From: an uncultured Alphaproteobacteria bacterium
GTDB lineage: Bacteria; Pseudomonadota; Alphaproteobacteria; RF32; CAG-239
DNA length: 64,000 bases
Assembly (NCBI GenBank): GCA_910587405.1
Contig: CAJUKS010000004.1
Location: forward strand, 78,141-142,140
Direction of reading: 5' to 3'
Position numbers and translations under genes: made by a program. The notes under the pieces were generated by a model. It saw only the letters and a list, made by a program, of their open reading frames with translations. It did not search any database and had not been told where the DNA came from. Of this stretch, positions 17,463-29,365 are shown in pieces. Position 1 is the first letter of the stretch. Each line of letters starts with the position of its first letter.

Positions 17463-17942
17463 TTACAAATAAATGGAAATGACATACAAAACCACGGCCG
17501 CATAAATACCGGCAAAAATATCATCCAGCATCACGCCCCAGGCGTTCATCACTTTCGAATCGGCCCAACGCGCCGGCTGCGGTTTGGTAATATCAAACAG
17601 GCGAAACAGAGCAAAACCCGCGGCATACAGTATATAAGCACGCCAGTCGGCCACACCGGACAATCGGTCTGCAACCAGCGCAAAGGTCAGCAGCTGGCCG
17701 GCCGTTTCGTCAATAACCACAATGGAAGGATCGTGTTTGGTATACTTTAACACTTCGTGCGTTGCCGCCGTCCCGATAAAAAAGACAATCGCCGTCGTCG
17801 TCAAAACCCCAACCATTCCGCCGTAATAGACCGCGGCAAAAGCAAACGGAATCGTCGCCAGCGACCCCGCCGTTCCGGAAGCAAACGGACAATATCCGAC
17901 CCCAAACATGGTTGCAATGAAATATGAAATCTTTTTATACAT
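17463..17942 (-). CDS. pgpA: Phosphatidylglycerophosphatase A
   Basis: The N-terminus IATMFGVGYCPFASGTAGSLATIPF matches the PgpA signature. 159 aa. Confidence 0.88.
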   Translation of the reverse strand: MYKKISYFIATMFGVGYCPFASGTAGSLATIPFAFAAVYYGGMVGVLTTTAIVFFIGTAATHEVLKYTKHDPSIVVIDETAGQLLTFALVADRLSGVADWRAYILYAAGFALFRLFDITKPQPARWADSKVMNAWGVMLDDIFAGIYAAVVLYVISIYL

Positions 17943-18055
17943 TTTGATTTTCCTAATAAATTAACTATCGGCGAGGGTAACGGAATTTTTTTTTGTATTC
18001 AATTAAAAAAATATGTTGTCATATATTTTTTTTGTGGTAAATATACTCCCGTTAT

Positions 18056-18132
18056 CGGATTGTAGTTCAGCCTGGTAGAACGCTGCGTTCGGGACGCAGA
18101 GGTCGCTGGTTCGAGTCCAGTCAATCCGACCA
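18056..18132 (+). tRNA. tRNA-Pro (CGG)
   Basis: Cloverleaf CGGATTG..CTGCG-TTCGGGA-CGCAG..GCTGG-TTCGAGT-CCAGT-CAATCCG-A-CCA, with a terminator hairpin downstream at about 18137-18165. Confidence 0.92.
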
Positions 18133-18396
18133 ACTCCAAGCGCCTGTTTGACACAGGCGTTTTTTTGTGCCCTGTTCGACAGTTTTTGTGAAAGTTATGA
18201 CATATATATGTCCGCGACGCCCGGCGGTTTTAGCCGGCTGCCGTCGCAAATTGCCGGGATGTATGCGTTGGCACGGCAGGTCAATTCCGACTGTCCTGCA
18301 AACCGGCAATTCCGTCCGCTCTTTCAAGTTTTTCCCCCGACAGCGCATTGAATTTGCAACATCCGCGATTATCTCCTACAAAAACGGAGAAAAGCA

Positions 18397-19593
18397 ATGC
18401 ATTCCACATCCAAAAAAGACTTAAGTCTGCTTAACGTCATTTCGCTCGGCATCGGTTCGATTGTCGGCGCCGGCATTTTCGCTTTGCTGGGACAAGTGAT
18501 TCTGCTGGCCGGCGATCATACCTACCATGCTTTTTTTATTGCCGGAATCGCCGCTGTTTTTTCGGGCTACTCTTATGCCAAATTGGCCGGACGCTACCAC
18601 AGTTCCGGCGGACTGACCGACTATTTTCACATCGCTTTTCCCGAAAAATACGTATCCGGCACCCTTTCCGCCATCTATCTGGTTACCGAGGCAATTTCAA
18701 TTTCCATGATTGCCAAAGCGTTCGGCATCTATATTACCGAACTTTTTAACCAGATTCCTCCTTCCGATTTGTGGGTAAATACCCTGGCTGCCGTTTTGAT
18801 CATCGGCCTGGCTCTCCTCAACATGATGCAGGCTTCCGACGTCGGCCGTTCCGAAACCGTCATTGTCATCATCAAAGTGGCCATCCTGTTCGCGCTGGTG
18901 TTCGCCGCCCTTTTCCAACCCGGCGCCCGCCTTCATCCGCCGGCTTTCAGCGGAGAGTCAATGGATTTTTTGCGCAGTATCGGCGTCACCTTTTTCGCAT
19001 ATGCCGGTTACGGTGTCATTACCAACGCCACTTCCGACGTCAAAAAACCGCAACAAACCATTGAGTGGGCCATTTATCTGACTCTTTTCATTGTTATGGC
19101 GCTCTATATCAGTCTTGCCTGGGTGGTCTTAAACTATATTCCGACTGCCGAACTGGAAGCAAATGCCGAAACCTCGGTGGCCGAAGTTGCCCGGAAACTG
19201 CTCGGTACCGCCGGCTACGGCTTTATCTACGTGGCTGCGGTTCTTGCTTTCGTTTCGGGAATCAACGCCACTTTTTTCAGCATCTTCCGCATTTCCGATT
19301 CTCTGACCCAACAAACCGTTTTTCCGCATTTTATGCTCAAAAAATTTTGGCGACAGGGATCTCTCGGCGCCGCGCTCAATACCTTGCTGATCGTTCTGGT
19401 AACCATCTTTTTTGATTTCAGTTCAATCGTCAATCTCTCCAGCGCCGCTTATCTGGTCAGCTACCTCGGCATTTTCATCGCCAACTGGAAACTGCGCAAA
19501 GAAACCAAATCCAACCCCGCCGTCATCATTGTCGGAACCCTGCTGATGGTATTTATCCTTGCTGCCTTCATAATCAGCATCCTGCCGCGTTAG
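18397..19593 (+). CDS. Amino-acid permease (APC superfamily)
   Basis: 398-aa polytopic protein with N-terminus LLNVISLGIGSIVGAGIFALLG, typical of APC transporters. Confidence 0.8.
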   Translation: MHSTSKKDLSLLNVISLGIGSIVGAGIFALLGQVILLAGDHTYHAFFIAGIAAVFSGYSYAKLAGRYHSSGGLTDYFHIAFPEKYVSGTLSAIYLVTEAISISMIAKAFGIYITELFNQIPPSDLWVNTLAAVLIIGLALLNMMQASDVGRSETVIVIIKVAILFALVFAALFQPGARLHPPAFSGESMDFLRSIGVTFFAYAGYGVITNATSDVKKPQQTIEWAIYLTLFIVMALYISLAWVVLNYIPTAELEANAETSVAEVARKLLGTAGYGFIYVAAVLAFVSGINATFFSIFRISDSLTQQTVFPHFMLKKFWRQGSLGAALNTLLIVLVTIFFDFSSIVNLSSAAYLVSYLGIFIANWKLRKETKSNPAVIIVGTLLMVFILAAFIISILPR

Positions 19594-19635
19594 CCTCGTT
19601 TCCAAATCAAAAGCCGGAAATTTCCGGCTTTTGAT

Positions 19636-20694
19636 TTAGATTTTATTGCGATTCATCTCGGCGGTGTTGACGATCTTCAATTTTTCCAACCGCTGTTTTT
19701 TGACATATTTCAAATAGGCTTCATACGAAAACAGCATGATCGCCGAAACAACCATCGGCAGCAGATAATAAATAATCCGATAGGCAATCAGCGCTCCAAA
19801 CAAAGTCGCCTGATTATGTTCCCCGGGAATGATGTACATAAACAACCCTTCAAAAACGCCCAAACCGCCGGGAACCTGACTGAACACGCCCAAAACCTGA
19901 GCAATGATAAAGACACCGATAAACGTTGAGAACGAAATCTCCACAAACGGAATCAGGGAAAAATACAAAACTAGCGACGCCATCAAAATGTCGGCCGCCC
20001 CGATCACCACCTGAGCCAACGCCATCGGAAACGACGGCATTTCGAAAATCACGCCCTTAATCATCAACGGTTTCTTGTAAAACAGACTGAGGCCGAAATA
20101 GACCGCCAACCCCAACACCGAACCAAGCGTCACCACTTCGGTGGTCAGCTTGGACACCGAACCGGCTCCAAAGGCGTGAGAGGGCGTAATCACATATCCG
20201 ACGATAATCAGAAAGAAACAGGCCACTAAATAGGTAAAACCCGAAAAAGTTACCATCCGCACAATTTCGGCGCCGTGAAAACGCCAGCGGGTATACAAAC
20301 GATAACGGATGGTCCCGCCCGAAACAATCGCGTGACCGGCATTGTTGCTGACCGAAAAACCGATAAAACCGGCAAAAATCCATTTCCACGGCGCCAGTTT
20401 GCGCTTAATGTAACGCAACGCCAGATAATCATAAGAAGATAAGGCGACATAACCGCCCAAAGAGGCGAGACAGGCCATCCACAAATTATGCGGCGGAATG
20501 CTGAGCAACGCGTTTTTGATATCTTCCCAACTGTACTTGGAGAGCTGGCGATAAAGCATGTACGCCGCCAAGGCAAAGAAGAACAACCCCGCCCACGAAA
20601 CCATTTTTTTTAAAACTTTTTTTGTTTGCAATGCCATTGCTTTTTTCCTTTGTTCAACTTTTTTTACCATGCCGATGACCGCAGCATCAGACAT
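19636..20694 (-). CDS. UPF0104 / lysyl-phosphatidylglycerol-synthase-TM-like (flippase-like) membrane protein
   Basis: Polytopic protein of about 350 aa whose general pattern resembles LPG_synthase_TM family members. The start codon is uncertain. Confidence 0.55.
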   Translation of the reverse strand: MSDAAVIGMVKKVEQRKKAMALQTKKVLKKMVSWAGLFFFALAAYMLYRQLSKYSWEDIKNALLSIPPHNLWMACLASLGGYVALSSYDYLALRYIKRKLAPWKWIFAGFIGFSVSNNAGHAIVSGGTIRYRLYTRWRFHGAEIVRMVTFSGFTYLVACFFLIIVGYVITPSHAFGAGSVSKLTTEVVTLGSVLGLAVYFGLSLFYKKPLMIKGVIFEMPSFPMALAQVVIGAADILMASLVLYFSLIPFVEISFSTFIGVFIIAQVLGVFSQVPGGLGVFEGLFMYIIPGEHNQATLFGALIAYRIIYYLLPMVVSAIMLFSYEAYLKYVKKQRLEKLKIVNTAEMNRNKI

Positions 20695-20775
20695 CGCTTT
20701 TCGATATAGTAATCATGAGCGCCATTTTTACAAAATATTATAAATATATTGTAAAGTTTTATAATTTTTTTCGCT

Positions 20776-21630
20776 TTAACGCCAAAGATCAATCAGGGTA
20801 CCCGTGACAACGCCGGAAAAATACAAAACCGCCGCCAACAGCAAGTTTTCCTTCAGCCGCGGATTAACCCGGAACAAAACCAGCAGCCCCACCCCGGCAC
20901 CCGACATCACCCCCGACATCATTGCGCCGAAACCGATCGCATTTTCCAGATACAATTGCGTCACAATCACCGACGCCGAACAGTTGGGAACCAACCCGAT
21001 CAGACCGGCCGCTGCCGGGCCGACAATCGTCAGGTTCATAAAACGGGCAAACGGCGCCGCGCCGATCCCGGCCATCATCACACTGAACAGCCAACTGATT
21101 ACAAACACAAACAAAGTGATTTTTAACGAATGGCGCAACGCCGACTGCCAAATACCCGCTTCGCACTTGCAGTCCTGATTGCGGCAAAGGGTTTCGACGT
21201 CAAGGTTCCGCGGTTTAAGCAGAGAAATCTTCGGACTGACAACATCCAGCAAAAGACCGATCGACACCGCGGCCGATACTTTCAGCGCCAAAATTTTGAC
21301 GATCAGTGCCGCCGGTACCGCATTAGAAATCAGAATCGGCAGCATTTCATCGGAGGTCGAAATAAAAACCGCCATCAACGTTCCCGCCGAGATAACCCGC
21401 GCCGCATAAAAATTGGCGGCGGCAGCGGCCAAACCGCACTGCGGAAAAATACCGCACAAAGCGCCGATCAGCGGTCCGATTTTCCCGGATTTGCGGATCA
21501 GGTTAACTGTGCCGTCACCCACCCGCCGTTCAAGATATTCCAGCACCAGATAAGTCACGAGCAAAAAAGGAAACAGCTTAATCGCTTCCTCCAACGCCTC
21601 CGCGGTCATATCATACCAAAAATCTGCCAT
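20776..21630 (-). CDS. 10-TM permease, possibly a metal exporter (ArsP_2-like)
   Basis: 284-aa polytopic protein with a central Cys cluster (CRNQDCKCEAG). The family assignment is from memory only. Confidence 0.4.
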   Translation of the reverse strand: MADFWYDMTAEALEEAIKLFPFLLVTYLVLEYLERRVGDGTVNLIRKSGKIGPLIGALCGIFPQCGLAAAAANFYAARVISAGTLMAVFISTSDEMLPILISNAVPAALIVKILALKVSAAVSIGLLLDVVSPKISLLKPRNLDVETLCRNQDCKCEAGIWQSALRHSLKITLFVFVISWLFSVMMAGIGAAPFARFMNLTIVGPAAAGLIGLVPNCSASVIVTQLYLENAIGFGAMMSGVMSGAGVGLLVLFRVNPRLKENLLLAAVLYFSGVVTGTLIDLWR

Positions 21631-21647
21631 TTTTCTCCCTTTGCCTG

Positions 21648-23030
<1,383 letters not shown>

Positions 23031-23192
23031 TTTGGTCTCCGTTTGCAAAAAATCAACATAGGCCGGATATTAGCGGCTTTAATTTATTTTGCAATGACGA
23101 AACACAATTATTCCGTTTTAAAATTTATGCCGCCGCTGTGACAAATCCTTTGCTTTTTAAGCGTTTTTTGCTATAAATGCCCCAAGAGGAAA

Positions 23193-24134
23193 ATGATGTC
23201 GCAAAAAATTAAATCACCCCGCAACAAAACGCTCGACCTCAACCTGGACGAAGGACGCCGGTATCTGGAGCGTTGTCTTACCCTTACCGCCCGCCGACCG
23301 GCGGAACAAGTCGTCAATCGCACGATTAACGGCGATTCGCTGAAAGTAATGGAATTGCTGCCGCCGGCTTTTGCCGATCTGGCGATCATTGATCCGCCTT
23401 ACAACCTCACCAAAGATTATCACGGCAACAAATTTGCCGAAACCGGCGATTCGGAATACGAAGCCTATACCGAAAGCTGGATCGCCAAACTGAAACCGCT
23501 GCTCAAGCCGACCGCTTCGGTGTATGTTTGCTGTGACTGGAAATCGAGCCTCATCATCGGACCGGTGCTGAAAAAACATTTTCAAATCCGCAACCGCATC
23601 ACCTGGCAGCGCGAAAAAGGCCGCGGCGCCATGCATAACTGGAAAAACGGCATGGAAGACATTTGGTTTGCCACTCTGAGCGATCAATATACCTTTAATC
23701 TCGAAGCGGTCAAAATCCGCAAAAGAGTGATTGCTCCGTACCGGAGCGACGGCTGTCCCCGCGACTGGGAAGCAACCGAAAGCGGCAAGTTCCGCAACAC
23801 CTGCCCCTCCAACTTTTGGGACGACATCTCGATCCCCTACTGGTCCATGCCGGAAAATACGGCCCACCCGACCCAAAAACCGGAAAAACTGCTTGCCAAG
23901 CTGATTTTGGCCAGTTCCAACCCCGGAGACCTTGTTTTTGACCCGTTTCTCGGTTCCGGAACCACTTCGGTCACCGCCAAAAAACTGGGACGACGCTTTG
24001 TCGGCATTGAACAAAACCCCAACTATTGCGTTTGGGCCGAAAAACGGCTTGAACGCGCCGAAAGCGCGCCGCAGATCCAAGGCTATGCCGACGGCGTTTT
24101 TTGGGAACGCAATGCCAAAATCAAAAAAGCATGA
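23193..24134 (+). CDS. Beta-class DNA methyltransferase (N6-adenine or N4-cytosine), orphan
   Basis: Motif IV, IIDPPYNL, precedes motif I, FDPFLGSGTT, which is the beta-class order. A ParB-less MTase of 313 aa with no nuclease gene adjacent. Confidence 0.85.
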   Translation: MMSQKIKSPRNKTLDLNLDEGRRYLERCLTLTARRPAEQVVNRTINGDSLKVMELLPPAFADLAIIDPPYNLTKDYHGNKFAETGDSEYEAYTESWIAKLKPLLKPTASVYVCCDWKSSLIIGPVLKKHFQIRNRITWQREKGRGAMHNWKNGMEDIWFATLSDQYTFNLEAVKIRKRVIAPYRSDGCPRDWEATESGKFRNTCPSNFWDDISIPYWSMPENTAHPTQKPEKLLAKLILASSNPGDLVFDPFLGSGTTSVTAKKLGRRFVGIEQNPNYCVWAEKRLERAESAPQIQGYADGVFWERNAKIKKA

Positions 24135-24136
24135 GT

Positions 24137-24841
24137 TTAGCTTTCCGCCAGCAGTTCCTTAATAAACCGCGGAAAAGTTTCGCCGGCCCGACCGATCACA
24201 TGGCGATCAAAATCGTAACTGTTGACTGTGGCATGCAGGTTAAATTCTATCGTATCGGCGCCGTGATAACGGGCAATGCGGGCAAAAGTGTTGGCAGGAT
24301 ATACCGCCCCCGAAGTTCCGACGGCAATCAGCAATCGGCACTTGTCCAACAAAGCGTCCACTTCGTTCATCCGCAGCAGATTCTCGCCGAAAAAAACGAT
24401 ATTCGGCTTCAGCGTCGCCGCCATACCGCAACCGGCACATAGGGTTTCGGTCGTCACCTCGCCGCGGGCATCCGTTATCCGGCCGCAGTTCATGCACACC
24501 GCCTGGTCAATTTGCCCGTGAATATGATAAATATTGCGGTTGCCGGCTTTCTCATGCAACAAATCGACGTTTTGCGTCACCACGCTGACAGTGCCGTTCC
24601 GATAACCGTTCTGCAATTCGGTAATTGCCAGATGCGCCGGATTGGGCCGCGCCTTCTGCAAATCAATTTTTAAGCCGTTGTAAAAATCATGAACCTGTTC
24701 CGGATGGCGCTCGTAAGCTTCAATGGTCGCCACGTCTTCAATCCGATGATTGTTCCATAACCCGTCACTGTCGCGAAAAGTCGGAATTCCCGATTCGGCC
24801 GAAATTCCGGCACCGCTTAAAATAACAATGTCGCCATACAT
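24137..24841 (-). CDS. cobB: NAD-dependent protein deacylase (sirtuin)
   Basis: GAGISAESGIPTFRD, the Zn ribbon CMNCG..CAGCG, and HG..VEFN-like motifs. I chose the internal ATG at 24841. Confidence 0.9.
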   Translation of the reverse strand: MYGDIVILSGAGISAESGIPTFRDSDGLWNNHRIEDVATIEAYERHPEQVHDFYNGLKIDLQKARPNPAHLAITELQNGYRNGTVSVVTQNVDLLHEKAGNRNIYHIHGQIDQAVCMNCGRITDARGEVTTETLCAGCGMAATLKPNIVFFGENLLRMNEVDALLDKCRLLIAVGTSGAVYPANTFARIARYHGADTIEFNLHATVNSYDFDRHVIGRAGETFPRFIKELLAES

Positions 24842-24977
24842 TTTTATCCCCTCATATTTTATAAACTTTGGCATATAACACCGCCAACACGATGAGACTG
24901 TTTCTCGCCGTTTTGTTTCTCCTAAAAAAAACAGTGTCCTGATAATCAGGACACTGAAAGCAGATCCTTCTTGACCG

Positions 24978-25748
24978 CTATTTAATCCATTTGCGGGCTT
25001 CTTCCAGATCTTCGGGAGTGTCAATATCGGCCGGCGCCTTATTGTTGAGCGTCAGATTGTTGACCAGTTTGGCCCGGATATACATTCCGTTTTCCAACGC
25101 GCGCAACTGTTCCAGTCTTTCGCGGTCTTCCAGCACACCGACCGGCAATTCGACAATTTTTTTCAAAGAATCGGCACGATAAACATAAATACCGATATGA
25201 TGATAGAAATCCTGATTTTTGCAGGTTTCCGGATTGCGGATAAACGGCGCCTTCGCCCGCGTAAAATACAAACAGCGGCCTTCGTCCTCTCCTTCGCGCA
25301 ATCCCATCACGATTTTGACGTTGCTCGGCTGTTCGATATCTTCGGGCTTGTCAAAAACCATGCCGACGGTAGCAATATCGCAGCCGGTGCGTTCAACGAT
25401 TTCAATCAGCTGATTGTTGATTTCCGGATTGACGTTAACCGCATCTCCCTGAAAATTAACCACGATGTCATATTTTCCTTCCGGATCGATCTCTTTCAAA
25501 GCGGCGGCAATCCGGTCGGTGCCCGACGGCAGGTTGGGATCGGTCAAAATTGCCTTGGCGCCGAATTCGGCACAGGCATCAACGATCACCTGATCGCCGG
25601 CAGCCACATACACGTCGCCCGGCACCGTTTTTTTAACATTCTCAAAAACCCGCTGCAACAGGCTTTTGCCGTTAATGTCCAGCAACGGTTTGTCGGGCAG
25701 ACGGCTCGAAGCCATCCGTACCGGTATCATAGTCACAATATTGCTCAT
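24978..25748 (-). CDS. kdsB: 3-deoxy-manno-octulosonate cytidylyltransferase
   Basis: IPVRMASSRLPDKPLLDINGKSLLQRV and overall KdsB-like length. A terminator hairpin lies downstream at about 24930-24955. Confidence 0.9.
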   Translation of the reverse strand: MSNIVTMIPVRMASSRLPDKPLLDINGKSLLQRVFENVKKTVPGDVYVAAGDQVIVDACAEFGAKAILTDPNLPSGTDRIAAALKEIDPEGKYDIVVNFQGDAVNVNPEINNQLIEIVERTGCDIATVGMVFDKPEDIEQPSNVKIVMGLREGEDEGRCLYFTRAKAPFIRNPETCKNQDFYHHIGIYVYRADSLKKIVELPVGVLEDRERLEQLRALENGMYIRAKLVNNLTLNNKAPADIDTPEDLEEARKWIK

Positions 25749-25925
25749 CTTTTTCCCTTTGTTTTTAGTTAAATTCGATAAGCCGCATCATATTCCTTTT
25801 GCATTTTTTGTCAACCGCGGCGGCAATATTGCAAACAAACTTCCGTCATTAAAATTTTCTTTACCCTAATCGCTTGCAAATAATCGTTTCCTGTAATATA
25901 ACTGCCTCAAAAAAGGACCACCGCC

Positions 25926-27011
25926 ATGCAAGTAGATATTTTTGACTTTGAACTCGACCGCAGCCTGATTGCCGACCGCCCGGCCGATCCGCGCGACAGC
26001 TCGCGCCTGCTCGACCTGAGCCAAGAAGGCAAAATCAGCGACCGTCATTTTTACGATTTGCCGGATGTTTTACAACCCGGAGACGTGTTGGTTTTTAACG
26101 ACACCAAAGTTATTCCGGCACGCTTGTACGGCGCCCGCGGCGAAGCCCGGGTTGAAGTAACCCTCTACCGTCCGGTTGACGGCATCCGCTGGTGGTCGTT
26201 CGTTAAAAATGCCAAACGCCTGCATCCCGGCGATTCGATCCGTTTTTATACCGACGACGTCAACCCCGAAGACAGTGAGTTTACCGCCCGCGTTATTGAA
26301 AAAAAAGAAGATGACGGCGTCCTGATCAGCTTTGACTGCGCACCGGAAGCCCTCGCTTTCAACCTGCAGAAATACGGCCTGATGCCGCTGCCGCCCTACA
26401 TTAAACGCGACAAGCCTTCGCAGGGCGGCATTTGGGACAAATATAACGACAAAGAAAATTATCAGACCATCTATGCCCGTTTCGAAGGGGCGGTTGCCGC
26501 ACCGACAGCCGGACTTCATTTCACCGACCGCGTCTTTCAGGCGCTGGAACAGAAAGGAATAGAAAAAGTTTTTGTCACTCTTCATGTCGGCGCCGGAACT
26601 TTTCTGCCGGTCAAAACCGAAGACACCAAAGACCACAAAATGCATTCCGAATATTGTGAAATTTCTGCCGAAGCGTGCGAGAAAATCAATCGGGCCAAAG
26701 CCGAAGGAAGGCGTATTATCGCCGTCGGCACCACTTCGCTGCGCCTGTTGGAGACGGCAGCCGACGAACGGGGAATCCTGCATCCGTTTGCCGGGGACAC
26801 CGGCATCTTCATCACCCCGGGTTACAAATTTCGGATTATTGATATGATCATTACCAACTTTCATCTTCCGAAATCTACCTTATTCATGTTGATTTGCGCC
26901 GTTGCCGGCACCGAAAGAATGAAAGACGCCTATCGTCATGCGATTAAACAACGTTACCGTTTCTATTCTTACGGCGACAGTTCGATTTTAAAATGCGTAA
27001 ACAAAATTTAA
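25926..27011 (+). CDS. queA: S-adenosylmethionine:tRNA ribosyltransferase-isomerase
   Basis: FDFELDRSLIADRPADPRDSSRLL, VFNDTKVIPARL and the C-terminal SYGDSSIL are typical of QueA. Confidence 0.93.
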   Translation: MQVDIFDFELDRSLIADRPADPRDSSRLLDLSQEGKISDRHFYDLPDVLQPGDVLVFNDTKVIPARLYGARGEARVEVTLYRPVDGIRWWSFVKNAKRLHPGDSIRFYTDDVNPEDSEFTARVIEKKEDDGVLISFDCAPEALAFNLQKYGLMPLPPYIKRDKPSQGGIWDKYNDKENYQTIYARFEGAVAAPTAGLHFTDRVFQALEQKGIEKVFVTLHVGAGTFLPVKTEDTKDHKMHSEYCEISAEACEKINRAKAEGRRIIAVGTTSLRLLETAADERGILHPFAGDTGIFITPGYKFRIIDMIITNFHLPKSTLFMLICAVAGTERMKDAYRHAIKQRYRFYSYGDSSILKCVNKI

Positions 27012-27049
27012 ACTTCTCGCGATTATAATATCGTCAGGGAGAAGCAGAG

Positions 27050-28228
27050 GTGTGGAAGAAATTTACCGGATATTTAAAACAAATCGTACCGTTGATGCAG
27101 AATTCGCTGATACCGGCGCTTATTTTGTATGCTGCCCTCACCGTTTTCCTTACCGTAACGCCGTTTAATCCGAAAGCGCTGCACTTCCTGCATCTCGGCT
27201 TTTTTATGGTATGCTTCGCCTCTGTCGGCATTCTGACTTTTTTCAATCACAACCGGCCGTTGTTCTTCATTTTGGTATTGATGATCGCCTATATGCTGAT
27301 CAACTATCTCAAATATGCCCACGGCATTATTTATAACCTCAGCGTCGATTATTTTAACCTCTGCTTCCTCACGGCGGTCAGCCTGATGTTTTTCTACTTT
27401 TTGCCTAACCGGCCGTTGTTTTCGCAGGATACGGTCAACTTTACGCTTATCGTCTTTGCGGCGCTTGCCCTCGGCGAACAACTCAGCCGCTATCAGATCG
27501 GCATTGATTTCAGTCGTTTCGTATGCAACGGCTGCGGCCTTCAGACCTTCGGGCTGGCGATGTTCGTTTCGGTCTTTTTGATTATGCTGGTCCACTCGTC
27601 AATTCGTGATGATATTCTGACTACCGCTCTCTTTTTCGCTACCGCCGACGTGATGCTCGGCTTTTATCTTTCCGACCGCCCGGCACCGCTGGCCCTGTTC
27701 TTTTTCGCGGCTGCCGTCACCGTTTTCTGCGGCATTGTGCATTCAGTCCGCTACGCCGCCCGCAAAGACACCGTCACCGGGCTCGACAACGGCAACTCCT
27801 TTATCAGGGCTTCGGCTTCACTGCCGCTCAAATACGGATTGGGTATCGTCTGTATTGACGACTATAAACACCTGGCCCAGATATTCAAGAAATCCGGCAT
27901 CGACGAGATTGTGGTCATGGTGGCAAAAAAAATCCGCGAGCTGGAACCGGAAACTCAGATTTACCGTTGCGGTGCCGACGAATTTATCGTCATCTTTCCG
28001 GCTGCCGAAAAAGGCACTTCGTTTGCCCGTGTCGACAATATCCGCCGCAGCGTTGCCGCCTCCGAATTTTTATTAAGCGGCCGCAAAAAAAGCCTGAAAT
28101 TGACCGTATCATGCAGCGTCGCCGATAAAAAACGCAGTGATGCCAACGTATTCGAGGTCTTTATGCGCGCCCGCAAAATTTTGCAAAAAACTTACAAGTT
28201 TACCCAGAATATCACTTCTCAGGCCTAA
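27050..28228 (+). CDS. Membrane protein with a C-terminal GGDEF-like domain whose active-site motif is degenerate (GADEF)
   Basis: About 7 TM segments, then VTGLDNGNSF..GIVCIDDYKHL..YRCGADEFIVIF. GTG start as in the track. Confidence 0.7.
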   Translation: MWKKFTGYLKQIVPLMQNSLIPALILYAALTVFLTVTPFNPKALHFLHLGFFMVCFASVGILTFFNHNRPLFFILVLMIAYMLINYLKYAHGIIYNLSVDYFNLCFLTAVSLMFFYFLPNRPLFSQDTVNFTLIVFAALALGEQLSRYQIGIDFSRFVCNGCGLQTFGLAMFVSVFLIMLVHSSIRDDILTTALFFATADVMLGFYLSDRPAPLALFFFAAAVTVFCGIVHSVRYAARKDTVTGLDNGNSFIRASASLPLKYGLGIVCIDDYKHLAQIFKKSGIDEIVVMVAKKIRELEPETQIYRCGADEFIVIFPAAEKGTSFARVDNIRRSVAASEFLLSGRKKSLKLTVSCSVADKKRSDANVFEVFMRARKILQKTYKFTQNITSQA

Positions 28229-29009
28229 AGCGACGATATAACAAATAAAAACCGAACAACAGCAACGGCAGCGAAAGAAGCTGCCCCATGGTGGCAAAAC
28301 CAAAATAAAATCCTAACTGCGCATCCGGCTGGCGGAAGTTCTCCAACGTAATCCTGAAACAGGCATACAGAATAACAAACAAAGCCGAGACGGTTCCTTT
28401 CCGCATACGGACGACCGGAACCAGACGCCACAGCAAATTGAGAACAATCAGCATCAGCAGACCTTCGCAAAACGCTTCGTATAACTGCGAAGGATGACGC
28501 GGCAGATAACCGCCGCTCGGAAAACGCACCGCCCACGGAACATCGCTTACCCGGCCCCACAGTTCATCATTGACAAAGTTGGCCAGCCGACCGAGAAAAA
28601 TGCCGATCGGCGCATACAGGGCCGCCAAATCCGTCAACTGCCAAAAATCAAGTTGGTGTTTACGCGCCGCATACCACAAACCGGCTACCGCACCGACAGC
28701 ACCGCCGTGAAAAGACATTCCGCCCTGCCAGATCTCCAAAATATGCCACGGCTGTTTCCAAAAAGTCTCGCCGCCGTAGAACAGGGCGTATCCGACCCGA
28801 CCGCCGATAATAATACCCAGCGTTACATAAAAAACCACGTCTTCCACGGCGGCCTTATTAAAATTCAGCCGATATTTTCTGACATCGCGCAGCAACCACA
28901 GCCAGGCTGCCACAATTCCCGCCAGATAAGCCATCGAATACCATCGCACCGGCAAACCGCCGATACTGAACATGATCGGGGAAATGTGAGGAAATTCCAA
29001 TCCTGTCAT
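28212..29009 (-). CDS. lgt: Prolipoprotein diacylglyceryl transferase
   Basis: ISPIMFSIGGLPVRWYSMAYLAGI, GRLANFVNDELWG and HPSQLYE motifs. I chose the internal ATG at 29009. Confidence 0.92.
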   Translation of the reverse strand: MTGLEFPHISPIMFSIGGLPVRWYSMAYLAGIVAAWLWLLRDVRKYRLNFNKAAVEDVVFYVTLGIIIGGRVGYALFYGGETFWKQPWHILEIWQGGMSFHGGAVGAVAGLWYAARKHQLDFWQLTDLAALYAPIGIFLGRLANFVNDELWGRVSDVPWAVRFPSGGYLPRHPSQLYEAFCEGLLMLIVLNLLWRLVPVVRMRKGTVSALFVILYACFRITLENFRQPDAQLGFYFGFATMGQLLSLPLLLFGFYLLYRRFRPEK

Positions 29010-29365
29010 AAAATACACCTGTTCCTTGTTAATCTGTTGCCGCTTTCCGAGCGCTTTTGATTGCCGCACAGTCGCCGCCGATTTTGTCTTTCGGCCCCTG
29101 CAGCTTCAAAAACGCCGCCATCATTCGGCCGACTTGGTAAAGAGTATATTAATTTTATTCAATATATCCACACCTAAAAAATATTTTTTATCCCCCAAAA
29201 ATATAATCATATGTTTTTCAACGATATTTTTATCGGCAAAAAGTGAAATAAATAAATGAGGTGGAAAACTTTTTTACATCGATTGTCTTTTGCGACTCGA
29301 TAATGTTAATTATTACAAATGAGCGAAATCGGAAAATTTCGCATTTTGTAGTGGAGTAAACGACA

